The notes below the pieces were generated by a model that saw nothing but the letters and a program-made list of their open reading frames with translations, ran no database searches and was not told the DNA's origin. Shown here in pieces: positions 13,621-24,666 of a stretch of 36,865 nt of DNA. This DNA is from Octopus bimaculoides (Eukaryota): NCBI RefSeq assembly GCF_001194135.2, contig NC_068982.1, positions 3,091,329 to 3,128,193 on the forward strand, given 5' to 3'. How positions within the stretch are numbered: position 1 is the first letter of the stretch; each line of letters starts with the position of its first letter. Position numbers and translations under genes: made by a program.

Positions 13621-14049
13621 ATATAAATAAATGTGTCATGTATGTATGTATATATNNNNNNNNNNNNNNNNNNNNNNNNNNNNNNNNNTATATAAATATA
13701 TATATATATATATATACATACATATGTATATATATATATACATACATATGTATATTTAATAAATGTGTAATATCTAAATCTCTTTTAAAATTAAACTTTA
13801 CTTTTTTCCTATTTAGATACATGAATATATGCACACATCTATAATGATCTAATTTCGCATATATCCAGAGGCCTAAAATGATATACAATTAAATATCCAC
13901 GTCTTAAGCGAAATTGAAGAAATATTTATAAACACAGTTCATAAGTTCTACCTCTTTATAACATAGAGATTAAAATTTCTACATATTAATCACATTGCTT
14001 ATAGAATAATGAACAGCTAAGTAAGCCATAGGTTAAGCAGGAGGTTAGA

Positions 14050-15600
14050 AGCCAGCTACTCAGAAGATTAACCGAATGTTTCTTTCAGTATCGCATCATA
14101 TCCAGACTGCAGGGGTCATTTTTGCTGTATGACTTTGCCATGATTCGAGTCGGGATAATGGGGAGACTGTGCAGGAAATTCGTGCGAAAGTGACTGGACT
14201 TTGCTCCAACTTTAAGCCCAGTCAGTCTGTACCGCAAGACATCTAAGCTCCACCTTCCAATTTCACTTGCGTTAGAGGAATTCAAGGCCATGATGGTAAG
14301 ATCAATCAGGACATTGCTTCTGTCTGAGGATGAGATAAAAGAGTCAGACATGCTGACAAGACAATAAAGTACGGCAAAAAAGTGGAAACCTAGGAAGCTA
14401 TGAAGGAAGCAGAAACATCCTGGAAGCATTGGAATATAGTTGTTGTAGTCTGTCAAGGACGGATAGGATTTGGCTTTGACGGAGCCAGGAGGCGGAAAAC
14501 ATCAGTTAATGGAACAGAAGAGAGTTGAAAGAGCAAAGAATCTGCGATTCAACAGAGAATGATCACCAGCTGACATCGTCAGAGCTTGCCGGCCAGCGAC
14601 AATGGATACGGTAGTACCACTGTCCAGGAAGTAGCTCTAAGGAACTGACCAGGGAAGTTTTTCCTTCCTCTTTCGTGCAATGGCTGACCTCGTGTTAACC
14701 CCAAATAATCTTAAAATATGGAGCAAAGAAGGGCCATCCTGGAAGCAGTGCAGAGCGGTGTAGAGCAGTGTAAAGCGGTGTAGAACAACACTGAACCACA
14801 TTTTCACCGGATGTCCTAGGACACTGGGAGAAGACCAATACCAGTGGAGGTAGAGTAAGACCCTTCCAGAAACCGCCACGCCAAGTGGAAAGACCTGCAA
14901 AGAGTTAAGGTTAAAAAATAGCGTTCACCGCCCAAGGATATCAGATTCTTAACGGAAGATGACAAGGCTACTGAGACGAAATCGTTGGCAGCGGTCTCGT
15001 TTTCTATTTTCAATCCAGCCTCAGATTATCAGATGCAGGTAGACCTGAAGTGCAAACTCATCTCCTCAGAACAGATACTGGTAACATCATGTAGCCAGAC
15101 ATGTTCCAACTGTCCGAAAGTGCAAAAGCAATCATCGTGATATAACTTATTGTGTCGTTATACGACAGAATCGATATTTCTCGCCAGCGACAAAAAACCA
15201 AATGTAAGCACATGGTCACCGAGACCCTTGGTCAAGGGATGGCACTCGGCCGCATTTCCTATTGAAGGCAACAGCCACAACTTAACTTTCCAGCTAGATC
15301 TGTACGCTATTTCTTGCAGACGATTAGTCTGAAGCACCAACAACTGAAGAAAGCCACCAAGGAAATAGGTATAACACCTGAATCCAGCTCAGTGTGGTTA
15401 TGTTTTAATAAAAGATCGCAAGTGGAACCCTTCTGCAGGCGAAAATTATTTCAGTCTTCGTCACCATATTCAGCCGAAGTGTAGAGGCTAAGAGGGGAGA
15501 AGCACTGGGGATCTTCAGATATCTTCTGATGCGGAAACGTTTCCAGCATTGAATTGGATTTAGAGTTTGCAAAGTATTTGAGTAGCTCCTGAACTTTCTA
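14050..15600 (+). mobile_element. HERO/NeSL-like non-LTR retrotransposon with restriction-like endonuclease (degraded 3' part)
   Basis: ISRLQGSFLLYDFAMIRVGIMGRLCRKFVRK*LDFAPTLSPVSLYRKTSKLHLPISLALEEFK (post-RT thumb region); KKWKP / EAMKEAETSWKHWNIVVVVCQGRIGFG; Zn-finger relic TLNHIFTGCPRTLGEDQYQWR; RLE motif PDMFQLSESAKAIIVI*LIV at 15095; C-terminal KKATKEIGITPESSSVWL. Several stops and frameshifts. Confidence 0.8.
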
Positions 15601-15634
15601 CGTCCGATGTTTCTTTCAACTATGTATATATATA

Positions 15635-15705
15635 TAATACAGTTTTATATTTCAGAGATGAGGAATTATGTACATTATTTACATCATTTACATTTGACCG
15701 AGTAC
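15635..15705 (-). mobile_element. Inverted 3' fragment of the element at 15791-16038
   Basis: TACATTATTTTACATCATTTACATTTGAC is reverse-complementary to GTCAAATGTAAATAATGTA at about 16020-16038. Confidence 0.55.
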
Positions 15706-15790
15706 AGACATGAATAGCATATGGGAACCAGTATTAAGAAAGGATAGGAAAATATTGGATTTATAAACCCTAAAATTCACTCCATAATTG

Positions 15791-15864
15791 CCCACGGCAT
15801 ATGGCGTAGTGGTTAAGAGCGCGGGCTACTAACCCCAAGATTTAGAGATCGATTCCATACAGTG

Positions 15865-15900
<36 letters not shown>

Positions 15901-16038
15901 TCGAAAAATACCTTAGAAATGAGAACCCAGGTTCGAAGTTTCCCCAAGACACCTAATTAAGGTGGAGGGTATATCAGCCAAAAGTGTGTTAACAACAAAC
16001 AAGATGAGGACAAATATACGTCAAATGTAAATAATGTA
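15791..16038 (+). mobile_element. tRNA-derived SINE (tRNA-Thr-like head) with internal (AAT)n
   Basis: A box TGGCGTAGTGG, degenerate B box GAGATCGATTCC, anticodon-arm relic GCGGG-CTACTAA-CCCC and a CAGTGCCCT acceptor-like end. Followed by about 9-10 AAT units and a unique tail. Confidence 0.75.
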
Positions 16039-16106
16039 TGTATATATATATATCATACATATATGTGTATAAATATAATGTCTGTGTGTGTGCGTATATG
16101 TGTGCG

Positions 16107-16140
<34 letters not shown>

Positions 16141-16756
16141 CGTATATGTATAAACCAAACAACTTTACATTCAAATATCTTTGCTACAGACGTTCAACAA
16201 TAAGACTGGGTTTCTATGTAAGTCTCAACCTCTTACATTCTGCCACATAAACTGTTGCCGTTCTACTTCACACGTACAGAAGCTTTAAGTTTAATAGAAT
16301 ACATGTAATTGAATAAACGCTCAACAGTCAAACTAAATAAGTTTCATTTCTCATGAATTTATGGAGCCTGGCAAAGATTAAATGAAACATTGCAACTAGA
16401 AATGTTTTCTATCAACGAATGTTACCGGCAGAAAGTTGTGTTTGTATCTTGATTCGTGTTTGCAAAATTAGAAACGTCTATCTGAATTTCTTGTTTCTAT
16501 GCGCGAATTAAACAAGTGCACTGCAGTCGTTGCATTGTTGATTAAAATGACTTCAATATGTTGTTGCTGTTTCATTTTCCTTCTTTCATACAGAATGGAA
16601 CCCATCTACTCAGGTAGGGAAAACTTATACCGATCTACACATCAAAACATTATCGATTATTAGTATAGAAACATGGAGATACTTGTGCCGCAAAAGGAGG
16701 GGCAAAGATAAAAGATCTATTGAAGTATCCTCATATCTAGTATAAGTTAACAATCT

Positions 16757-16985
16757 AAGGCGGCGAGCGGGCAGAATCGTTAACACGCCGGGCGAAATGC
16801 TTAGCGGTATTTCGTTTAGCGTTACGTTCTGAGTTCAAACTTCGCCGACTTTGCCTTTCATCCTTTCGATGTCGATTAAATAAGTACCAGTATTGCATTG
16901 GGGTCGATGTAATCGATTAAAACCGTTTCTCTGTCCTTGTCTGTCCCCTCTATGTTTAGCCCCCTGTGGGCAATAAAGAAATAAA
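16757..16985 (+). mobile_element. tRNA-derived SINE with a central conserved domain and a Tx1-like 3' tail
   Basis: Head GGCGGCGAGCGGGCAGAATCGTTAAC...GAGTTCAAAC; central CTTTCATCCTTTCGATGTCGATTAAATAAGTACCAG (homologous to 34524-34738); ends ...AATAAAGAAATA. Confidence 0.85.
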
Positions 16986-17374
16986 TATATGAAGTTAACT
17001 GTCATGAGTTCTCGTATGAAACTGGCGAAGACATCAGCTTTCGAACCCGTCTCTAGCAGACTTGGAACTTTCTTCTGGATGATGGGGAAATGTAGATCTC
17101 TCTAGTATTTTGCTGGAGGATAGTTATCGTTTTAGAAATCGAAAGTTAATCCAACACAAAGAAGTTGTTGTGAACATAATACAAAAAAATAACGGATTCG
17201 ATCGTATAACTGGTGCTGAACTTCAAATTCGGGACAGTAATCGTTTGCAAGTTTGTGGCTCTCTCGATTACTCTCCGCCTTGAATGATGAACGGTGAGAC
17301 AATACCTGATGATGCGAGGGCGAGGGTCCAACATGTATAAAGCAGCCAAAAATATAATTTCTATTTTGATGCTT

Positions 17375-17645
17375 GAAGGCGTGTGTCCTAGAGGCTAGGG
17401 TCTTGTTTTCCTGATCGCTAGATCATCGGTTCGATATGCGAACCCAACCGGAGCGCCGTGTTGTTGAGCAAGACACTTCATTCCAAGTTGCTCCAATCCA
17501 TTCAGCTGTCCATGGGTAATGAGTCCCTGATCATTGTTGGTCAACTCGCCTGACCAGCACATTCGAAAGCTGCAAAAATGTGAAGCGCATTGTGACCAGC
17601 GATTCATAACAACATCCTATTGCCTGGTCGATACTGCGATACCGT
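17375..17645 (+). mobile_element. tRNA-derived SINE
   Basis: A-box-like TGTCCTAGAGGCTAGG and B-box-like GGTTCGATATG. The central GAGCAAGACACTTCATTCCAAGTTGCTCCAATCCATTCAGCTG resembles 5735-5778. Confidence 0.7.
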
Positions 17646-18469
17646 GGTTTTGATGCATTGGAATTACATCAAATTGTGGTAACTGTCACGCATTTTAAAA
17701 ATTACAAGACTGTATCTCATAATTTATAAATGTAAACAAAATATTTTTGTAAGATAATAGATGTTGAAAATACTAAACTTTCTGAAAACTTGATCTGTTC
17801 AGAAAAGCAATTATTTCTCAGAAAGATGAGTCATATATGCAAAATCCATAGACATCCAAGAATTTATGCTAATTGTTAGTTGTGCTTATTTACAAACTTA
17901 AATTGTAAAATTAGAAATAAATCATTTAAGTGAAACATGATCAGTGTTTCACTTCTAATTCTATTTCGAATTTACGTAATAAAATTTCTGTGTGGCTTTT
18001 CAAAATACGGATGTGTGATATTCTATAGAAAATCGTTAAAAATTTGAATTTAATTAATCGTTACTAGTAAAGCAACTAGATATTATATGATTGAATAAAA
18101 TTAAAATTTAATTGAAAATATTTTGATCATAAATAGAAAGTAAGCAGCTAAACATAGTAAGCACGAAGGCGATACTCTCTGGCAAATCGTCAAATAGATT
18201 TAATTGGCTTATTTTAAGGGAATGTTGTCAAAATTTAATTATCTTTAAACGCACATAATCTATTATTTGTGAAGGAGAAAGCGAACCATGTTTGAGCATT
18301 TGAAAGTTTGAAACCAAAACAGTGATCAGAAAGGGAAGGATAACAAAATCTATGACAAAATTAAATTTACGAAGCGTAGCTGGGATAGCAGACGAATACA
18401 AATGCATAGGAAAGTATTTTCAAGCCCGTTCTAATATCCGATCCCAATGTCAAGTTGACCCTGACCATT

Positions 18470-18820
18470 TATGAGTATTTTCCATTGTCTAATCTAAATT
18501 TCAATGCGAAGTGAGTTCCAGTCTTTTCCACCAACTCTGTTGCGTTTCAAGTCAACCGTCTGCCCAGAATTCCGCCATCTTTATATCATACAGGCCACCA
18601 TACATGGTGTACTTCTGATCCATCATAAACATCTTGTACATCACACATCTCCACAATCCTTCCCTTTTCTACGCTGCATCCGAACTTTTTAGGGCCTTGC
18701 TAAAAACATTCTGCAATCATTGTGGGGTTTCTTTTACTCCTCTTCTGAAACGGTCCTGCAAGTAGTACACCATGTTCAACGCTTCTCCTTTCAACCTAAC
18801 TCTACTCTATATAACCTTGA
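18470..18820 (-). mobile_element. Possible highly degraded RT fragment (RTE-like)
   Basis: ...KREGLWRCVMYKMFMMDQKYTMYGGLYD... weakly resembles the RT motif DL.KA.D.V.RE.LW..M...G...KY......Y. Confidence 0.25.
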
Positions 18821-18859
18821 TCTACCTCGTTAAAACCTACCACTAGTTCTCCACCTCGC

Positions 18860-19890
18860 AGACACAGGTGTAGGACTCAAATACTTTCTGTTTCTTGGAA
18901 GAAACAACGCCCATGACCTTGGCAATCGGAATCCTATTTCGGTGATTCCCATTCCAAAGAAAGACAAACCCTTTTGACAAGCGAAATATCGCACTGTTCC
19001 TCTTATTTCTAACATTTGGGCATCAATCATTAATAACGAACTTCTCCAAAACCTTGAATGTTTATCTTTCTCCTTAGGGACCAATAGGCTATCGATTTAG
19101 AGAAGCTTGGTGCGAGCAATACTTTTACTCTAAACATCAGCTAAACCACGAACCGTAACTGGCTTGCAAACCCCTTATTTAAAATCTTCCTATATAAGAA
19201 TTCGTCTGTTTTTCAAATCTTGGACCGGCAGCTTCTTATTTGTTCCTACCATCGCAGTCTCTGTATTGACGGAACTCATTCTGTCCAATTCTCGATCAAT
19301 TCCCCTGACGCGATTTTGTCTCCGATTCTATTCCTCGACCTACTTACCACTACATTCAAAACCCTCAAACTAACTCAGACAACATGACCCTTGATTCTAC
19401 CCAAGTACCTCGACAACTCATGACAACTATGAATTGGTTTTATAAATGGAGAGTTGGAGAGAATCTTTCAGTGCGACCATACTAACCTCGATTCTTTTAA
19501 CAGCCAAAATAAATCTTAAGCCCTACGCATATCAACAAAGCACTTCCCATCACACCCGAAGCAACATGTAAGGCACCTTGTTAGTACCCTCTACCTCGCT
19601 CCAAATATTGGGCCGAAGATCTCTCCTGGCAAAGCACGTCCATATGTATAGCTAGGAATTTTTCCCAAAGATTAGACATTTTCTTGAGGACTAAATAATA
19701 TGTCAGTACTAAACACCTGATGAGAATCCACAAAGTCCATACTGGAGCAATGCTCCTATATCTTGGGTAGACCAGCAATTATGCACAGAGCCATACTAAA
19801 CCATATCCAGAAAAGGGCCACACGAATGCAAGACCACATTCAGTGAAGCTAATCCAAGAGAAAATCAATTCATTTGGCTGGGACATTCTA
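18860..19890 (+). mobile_element. Degraded L2/CR1-group LINE reverse transcriptase
   Basis: PIPKKDKPF*QAKYRTVPLISNIWASIINNELLQNLE; FKSWTGSFL; a DNMTLDST relic of ADDSTL; DLSWQSTSICIARNFSQRLDIFLRTK; ILEQCSYILG; LNHIQKRATR. These appear in the expected order for CR1/L2-type ORF2. Confidence 0.7.
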
Positions 19891-21023
19891 TCTCACTTTC
19901 CCTTCTAACCAGACCTCACACCATCAGATTTTCACCTTCCAATCGAAAAACATTCAGAAGCTGTGCTCCAAGCACATTTCTCGTGTAAAGAATTGGATTT
20001 TTTTTTTTTTTGCCCGAAGATTCAGAAAACAGGTTTCGTGGTTGGAAAATGTTATTGCTAACGATGGCGATTATATTTCAAATGGATAAATATGTTTTCG
20101 ATAAGTTTGATGCTGATTTGAACTTATTACATGAACTGCGACATTATTTTTCGGTAGCCTTAATATTTCTGCATAGAAACTTACACTCACGCCCACACAG
20201 ATATCTGTGAAAGAGAGAGAGAGAGAAAGAGCTTAGCCATATTTTGTGGTAATGGATATAATGCTAGGAAACGAGGCATCATTGCCTTGAAGATAAGTTA
20301 GAATGTTTTTGAGACATTTTCGATTAAGTAATTTGGTATGAGTGATTTTGTTTTGCGTGTATAGAGCGTGAAATTGAAACCAAAATGGGGGAGAAAATGA
20401 TGGCTTTATCTACGAGTGTTACTCGGAGAATAATTTTTGTTGACGTGTTGCTAAATCTTAGCTGTCACTTAACAAGTCATCTATTACATTGAAGTGAAGA
20501 TAGAAGCTACTAAGCTTCTTACCTCATCTTATATGATAAATGAAAATATTATTAGTCATTGAACGCTATTAAATTAATTTATTCTCAAAATATTCCTATT
20601 TTCTCTCGCTGACAAAGGTAGAATATCGTGCACATACTTAGGAATGGTTTTATCTCTCCCTCGGCATTCATGTTATGTTTGGCAGATTATCAGAATAATC
20701 GGAAACAAGTTCTGTGATATCTTCCATACTTGCCGAAATAGCTAAAACGTAATGTTTTCATACTGAATAAACTAATATATAACATCAGAATAAAGTAAAC
20801 CTAACTAAACTAACGCTTTTATGAAGGGCTTCTTTACGCCTAAAAACAGACAGCACTTTCTTGTGAATATCGATATTATATGAAATTGAAAATAATATAA
20901 ATGTGTGTATTTGGAATTGTTGTCATTGATGTAGGAAATTAAGCCGATTAAATTAGTGAATGATATTCAAAATTCTACATCAAATTAGTTGTTACTGTAC
21001 TTGAACCGCTAATTTCATTTTAG

Positions 21024-21106
21024 ACCTGATGACATTCAAAGGCAAATTGATAAATTATTCAAAACTAAGAAGCAATTCCTATTTTATCAATTTATTTCCA
21101 ATTCAG
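21024..21106 (+). other. Candidate internal exon (83 nt)
   Basis: TTTCATTTTAG acceptor and CAG/GTATGT donor. Two frames are open (PDDIQRQIDKLFKTKKQFLFYQFISNS; LMTFKGKLINYSKLRSNSYFINLFPIQ). No homology recognised. Confidence 0.3.
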
Positions 21107-22239
21107 GTATGTATCTCCTATTAGGTTTTCCATAATCTGTTACAATAAGAATATTAACTCGAGCTCTTTCATTGTAGAATTAATGTCAACTTTTTCATTG
21201 AAATATGCTGGGTCATTTTTCATATATCGCTTGCAAATACTTTAATCATAATTAATTGTATATTGACGTTGTAATGAGACGTTAATTTAAATTCCGTTCC
21301 CCACCACTTTTATTCGCCTCTAAATAATTATATTCGATAACAAACCATGAAGGAAATCATCTGTGTATTTGATAACGTAAGCTATCAGAACGCGTGCTAC
21401 CCAGAAGGAAAGCTTTGAGCACTAGAACAAGATACCAAGTCGAAGAAGTAGTGGGCAAATGGCCCACAGATCACGTTTGGAAACATTGTATAACTTAATT
21501 CTAGAGATACTGAGAATGAATCGGTAAGTATGGTCACGGTTGCACAGCTATTAATAAGTCTGCCTCGCGCGAAACTGAGTTTAGCAATATCGAATTATCC
21601 GCATGGGAATTTTCAAGTCGTTTACGTAGAGAATTTTTTTTCTTTTCTCTCCGACACACACATACTCACGCACACACGTATATGTATACTTGTGTGTGTA
21701 TGTGTGCTTGTGTTTCTTTTAGTTTCTGCTACAAATAGAACTTGTCTTTTGCAATATCTCGTGTTATTAAGATACGGTCTTCTGGCAAGCGGAATACTAG
21801 AGTAATATATAAATTGACAATTTCAGAATTCGGTTAGCAATCATAGTCAAATTTAATTCTCCATCTTCTAATCTTATAGATGCGTGACACAAATCAAATT
21901 ACTTTTATACTTTCAACGTCACCCAAATTCAAGAATTTATTGGTTTAGAAAAACTATATTTTACATGCTATTTGCTTATTCTTCAACCTAATGTATTGGC
22001 TGACCGCGTGGATGTCTATTATTTGTACAAACGTAAATATTCACTGATAACTCAACGCACAGTGCATGTATATGCGCGTGCGTACGTGTGCATGTGCGTG
22101 GTATATGTATANNNNNNNNNNNNNNNNNNNNNNNNNNNNNNNNNNNNNNNNNNNNNNNNNNNNNNNNNNNNNNNNNNNNNNNNNNNNNNNNNNNNNNNNN
22201 NNNNNNNNNNNNNNNNNAGTGTATGATAGTGTATAAAAT

Positions 22240-22288
<49 letters not shown>
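22240..22288. repeat. (GATA)n microsatellite forming the tail of the adjacent SINE
   Basis: Visible tandem repeat. Confidence 0.95.
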
Positions 22289-22289
<1 letters not shown>

Positions 22290-22431
22290 CAACGGGCTTC
22301 TTTCAGTTTCTGTCTATCATATCCACTCTCAAGGTGTTGGTCCAGTCGGGATTACAGTTGAAGATACTTGCCCAAAGTACCACGCAGTGGAACCGAACCC
22401 GGGGATACATGGTTGGGATGCAAACTACTTA
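22289..22431 (-). mobile_element. tRNA-derived SINE, same family as 34356-34523
   Basis: Minus strand GGTTCGGTTCCACTGCGTGGTACTTTGGGCAAGTATCTTC...CCTTGAGAGTGGATATGATAGACAGAAACTGAAAGAAGCCCGTTGTA followed by microsatellite. Confidence 0.85.
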
Positions 22432-22508
22432 ATTTAAATATTCACTTGTTATTTCTATTGCATGGTTTCTAGCTTGGCTGCTTCCTACTGTTTCTAAAGT
22501 GAACTTAC

Positions 22509-22629
22509 TGTAGTCGGTTCCGTTGAAGAAGGGGGTTTGATAATGCGCATCCTCATTTGAGGCCCATTAATCGGTTGAGAACAACTGCAGAACCTAAAAT
22601 CATTAATGCTACTCTCGTCAGAGCCATTT
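22509..22629 (-). other. Candidate internal exon (121 nt)
   Basis: Acceptor TTCTGCTTTGTTATATTCAG and donor ACA/GTAAGT. One frame is open throughout (NGSDESSINDFRFCSCSQPINGPQMRMRIIKPPSSTEPTT). No homology recognised. Confidence 0.3.
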
Positions 22630-24449
22630 CTGAATATAACAAAGCAGAATACTGAAGGAATGGTACAAGCAATGGGTGGAATGAAGTGAGACAATTGGAA
22701 GAGAGATAAAGAAGAAAAGGGAAGTGATGATTTGGAAGAGAGGGACTAAGGTGAAGTGAAGGAAAGAAAAGAGGAGACGTAGATAGAAAGAATAAAGGAG
22801 GGAGGCATTCGATAGAAGAAGGGGAACAGGAGGGCTGAAATTAAGGAAAAGACAGTCATAAAACATTAATAGCTGTAATCGGGTCATCACACATGCAAAT
22901 ATTTGCGTTGATTTTTTGTCAGATATTCTCCAAATATTGTGTTGAAATTTGATATGGGCCACATGCACGCACAGACTCACACACACAGGCACACATACTC
23001 ATCAATCTTCTTCATGTTTTTTCCACGTTTTTTTTCATATTTTCTTATTGTCCAGCGTCCTTGTGTTTGAAAAACTGTACATAACTCATAAATAGTGCCT
23101 GAACGATTGCTTTAAGACACATGGCGCATTTTATAAATATGTCTGTTCAGGTATCATAATAGTAGCTCTTTCGATTGTGTTTTTAATTATATATATATAT
23201 ATGTATATATATATATAATATCATCGCCTCATCATATAATGTATAAAAATAGCTACACACTAAGTTCAATTGTTATCTAATTAATTATAAGCAAATTTTG
23301 AAAAGCCTTTAGCAAGGTAGAATGGGTTTATACAACGTTTCTGACTTCAAATAATATTGAATAAATTTATGGAAATATAAAAGTAAATTTCAATATTTGG
23401 GATCACGATTGGAACTCCATAACCTACCCCACCCCTTTATTCAATAGATTTGTATTTTTACCCATATTTTGCCTTGTTAAATGTCTTTTATTAGATTTCC
23501 TATAGCAATAACATACATCTATAGAAATACTTTATATAAACTGTAAGATCTTACTCTGATATGATGATATACATGAATACATGTAAAGAACAATGCTGTT
23601 CACAAAAAAGCTCTTTTTTTAGGATGCCGACATATAAAACGGAAAAGTCTTAGGCTCATCTCGTGATTTCGTGACATTTTCTCGCAACGATGTTTCTATT
23701 TTAAGAATTATATATAATTAAGATAATTTATTTCTTCTTAGATGTAGAGCATTCAGACTTTATTTTGATAAAGTATAGCAAAAGTAAATCAGTTTCGAAA
23801 AAGCAATCGTTATTCCTGCTAGGATTTGCTACAGACAATTATACATTTCACTCTCTGAATCAACAAGATTGCTTTTATGTGATCTATTTGTTTGCTAGAA
23901 ATAACAGCCAAATCTCCCTTGAATTACACCTTACAGCATTTAAATCATTTCTGTTACATAACTAACATAATATGCGATATACAATGCCAATGCCAGAAAA
24001 TAGTGGGGTAGTTACGGTTGGAACGCATGGGCCTCTAAGTTTTTTACTGAGGTAAGTTAGTGCGAATATAGGGCTACACATTTAACTCACCTACTGATTG
24101 CTGTGAGGTGTGTAGCACGTAGATGCTATTTACAGCCTAATGACGCCAACTGGCAAGAATGCATAACTATGATTTACCTGATTCCAGGAATACTATCGAC
24201 TGCACTGTAATCATCCCAAGAATACGGACTATGATATTTAGAAACATATAATTTGTAGAAACGCGTGTAGCGATGCATTAAAATATTTATAAACGCCTTC
24301 CAAAGATTATGTGTCTATGTCTGTGGCTGTTTGTCCGTGTGTCTGTGTGTGTACGTATGTGTGTGTACATACATACAGGTACACATAGATATATACAGAG
24401 TTATATGTACATATACACATGTAGATATAGGTATATATGTGTATGTAGT

Positions 24450-24475
24450 TAGCAGCAGCAGCAGCAGTAGTAGTG

Positions 24476-24533
<58 letters not shown>

Positions 24534-24619
24534 CAGCAGCGGCAACAACATCAACAGTAGTANNNNNNNNNNGTAGTAGTAGTAGTAGTAGTAGTAGCAG
24601 CAGCGGCAACAACATCAAC

Positions 24620-24665
<46 letters not shown>
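24450..24665. repeat. (AGT)n/(AGC)n trinucleotide tract, the (TAC)n tail of the RTE element
   Basis: Directly abuts the RTE 3' end and contains a 10-N gap. Confidence 0.9.

Positions 24666-24666
<1 letters not shown>

Noticed and set aside
15515-15550. CTGATG...GAAACGTTTC (plus) and CTGAAGA...GAAA (minus) in the HERO 3' region as a hammerhead
   Set aside because: The plus strand has no stem II and an incomplete core; the minus strand lacks the 10.1-11.1 pair and stem I.
15791-15868. tRNA gene
   Set aside because: B box and stems are degenerate and the sequence continues into a SINE body; a SINE head, not a functional tRNA.
24530-24625. Duplicated GTAGCAGCAGCGGCAACAACATCAACAGTAGTA on both sides of a 10-N gap
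   Set aside because: Most likely overlapping contig ends left unmerged by the assembler; not evidence of a real duplication without reads.
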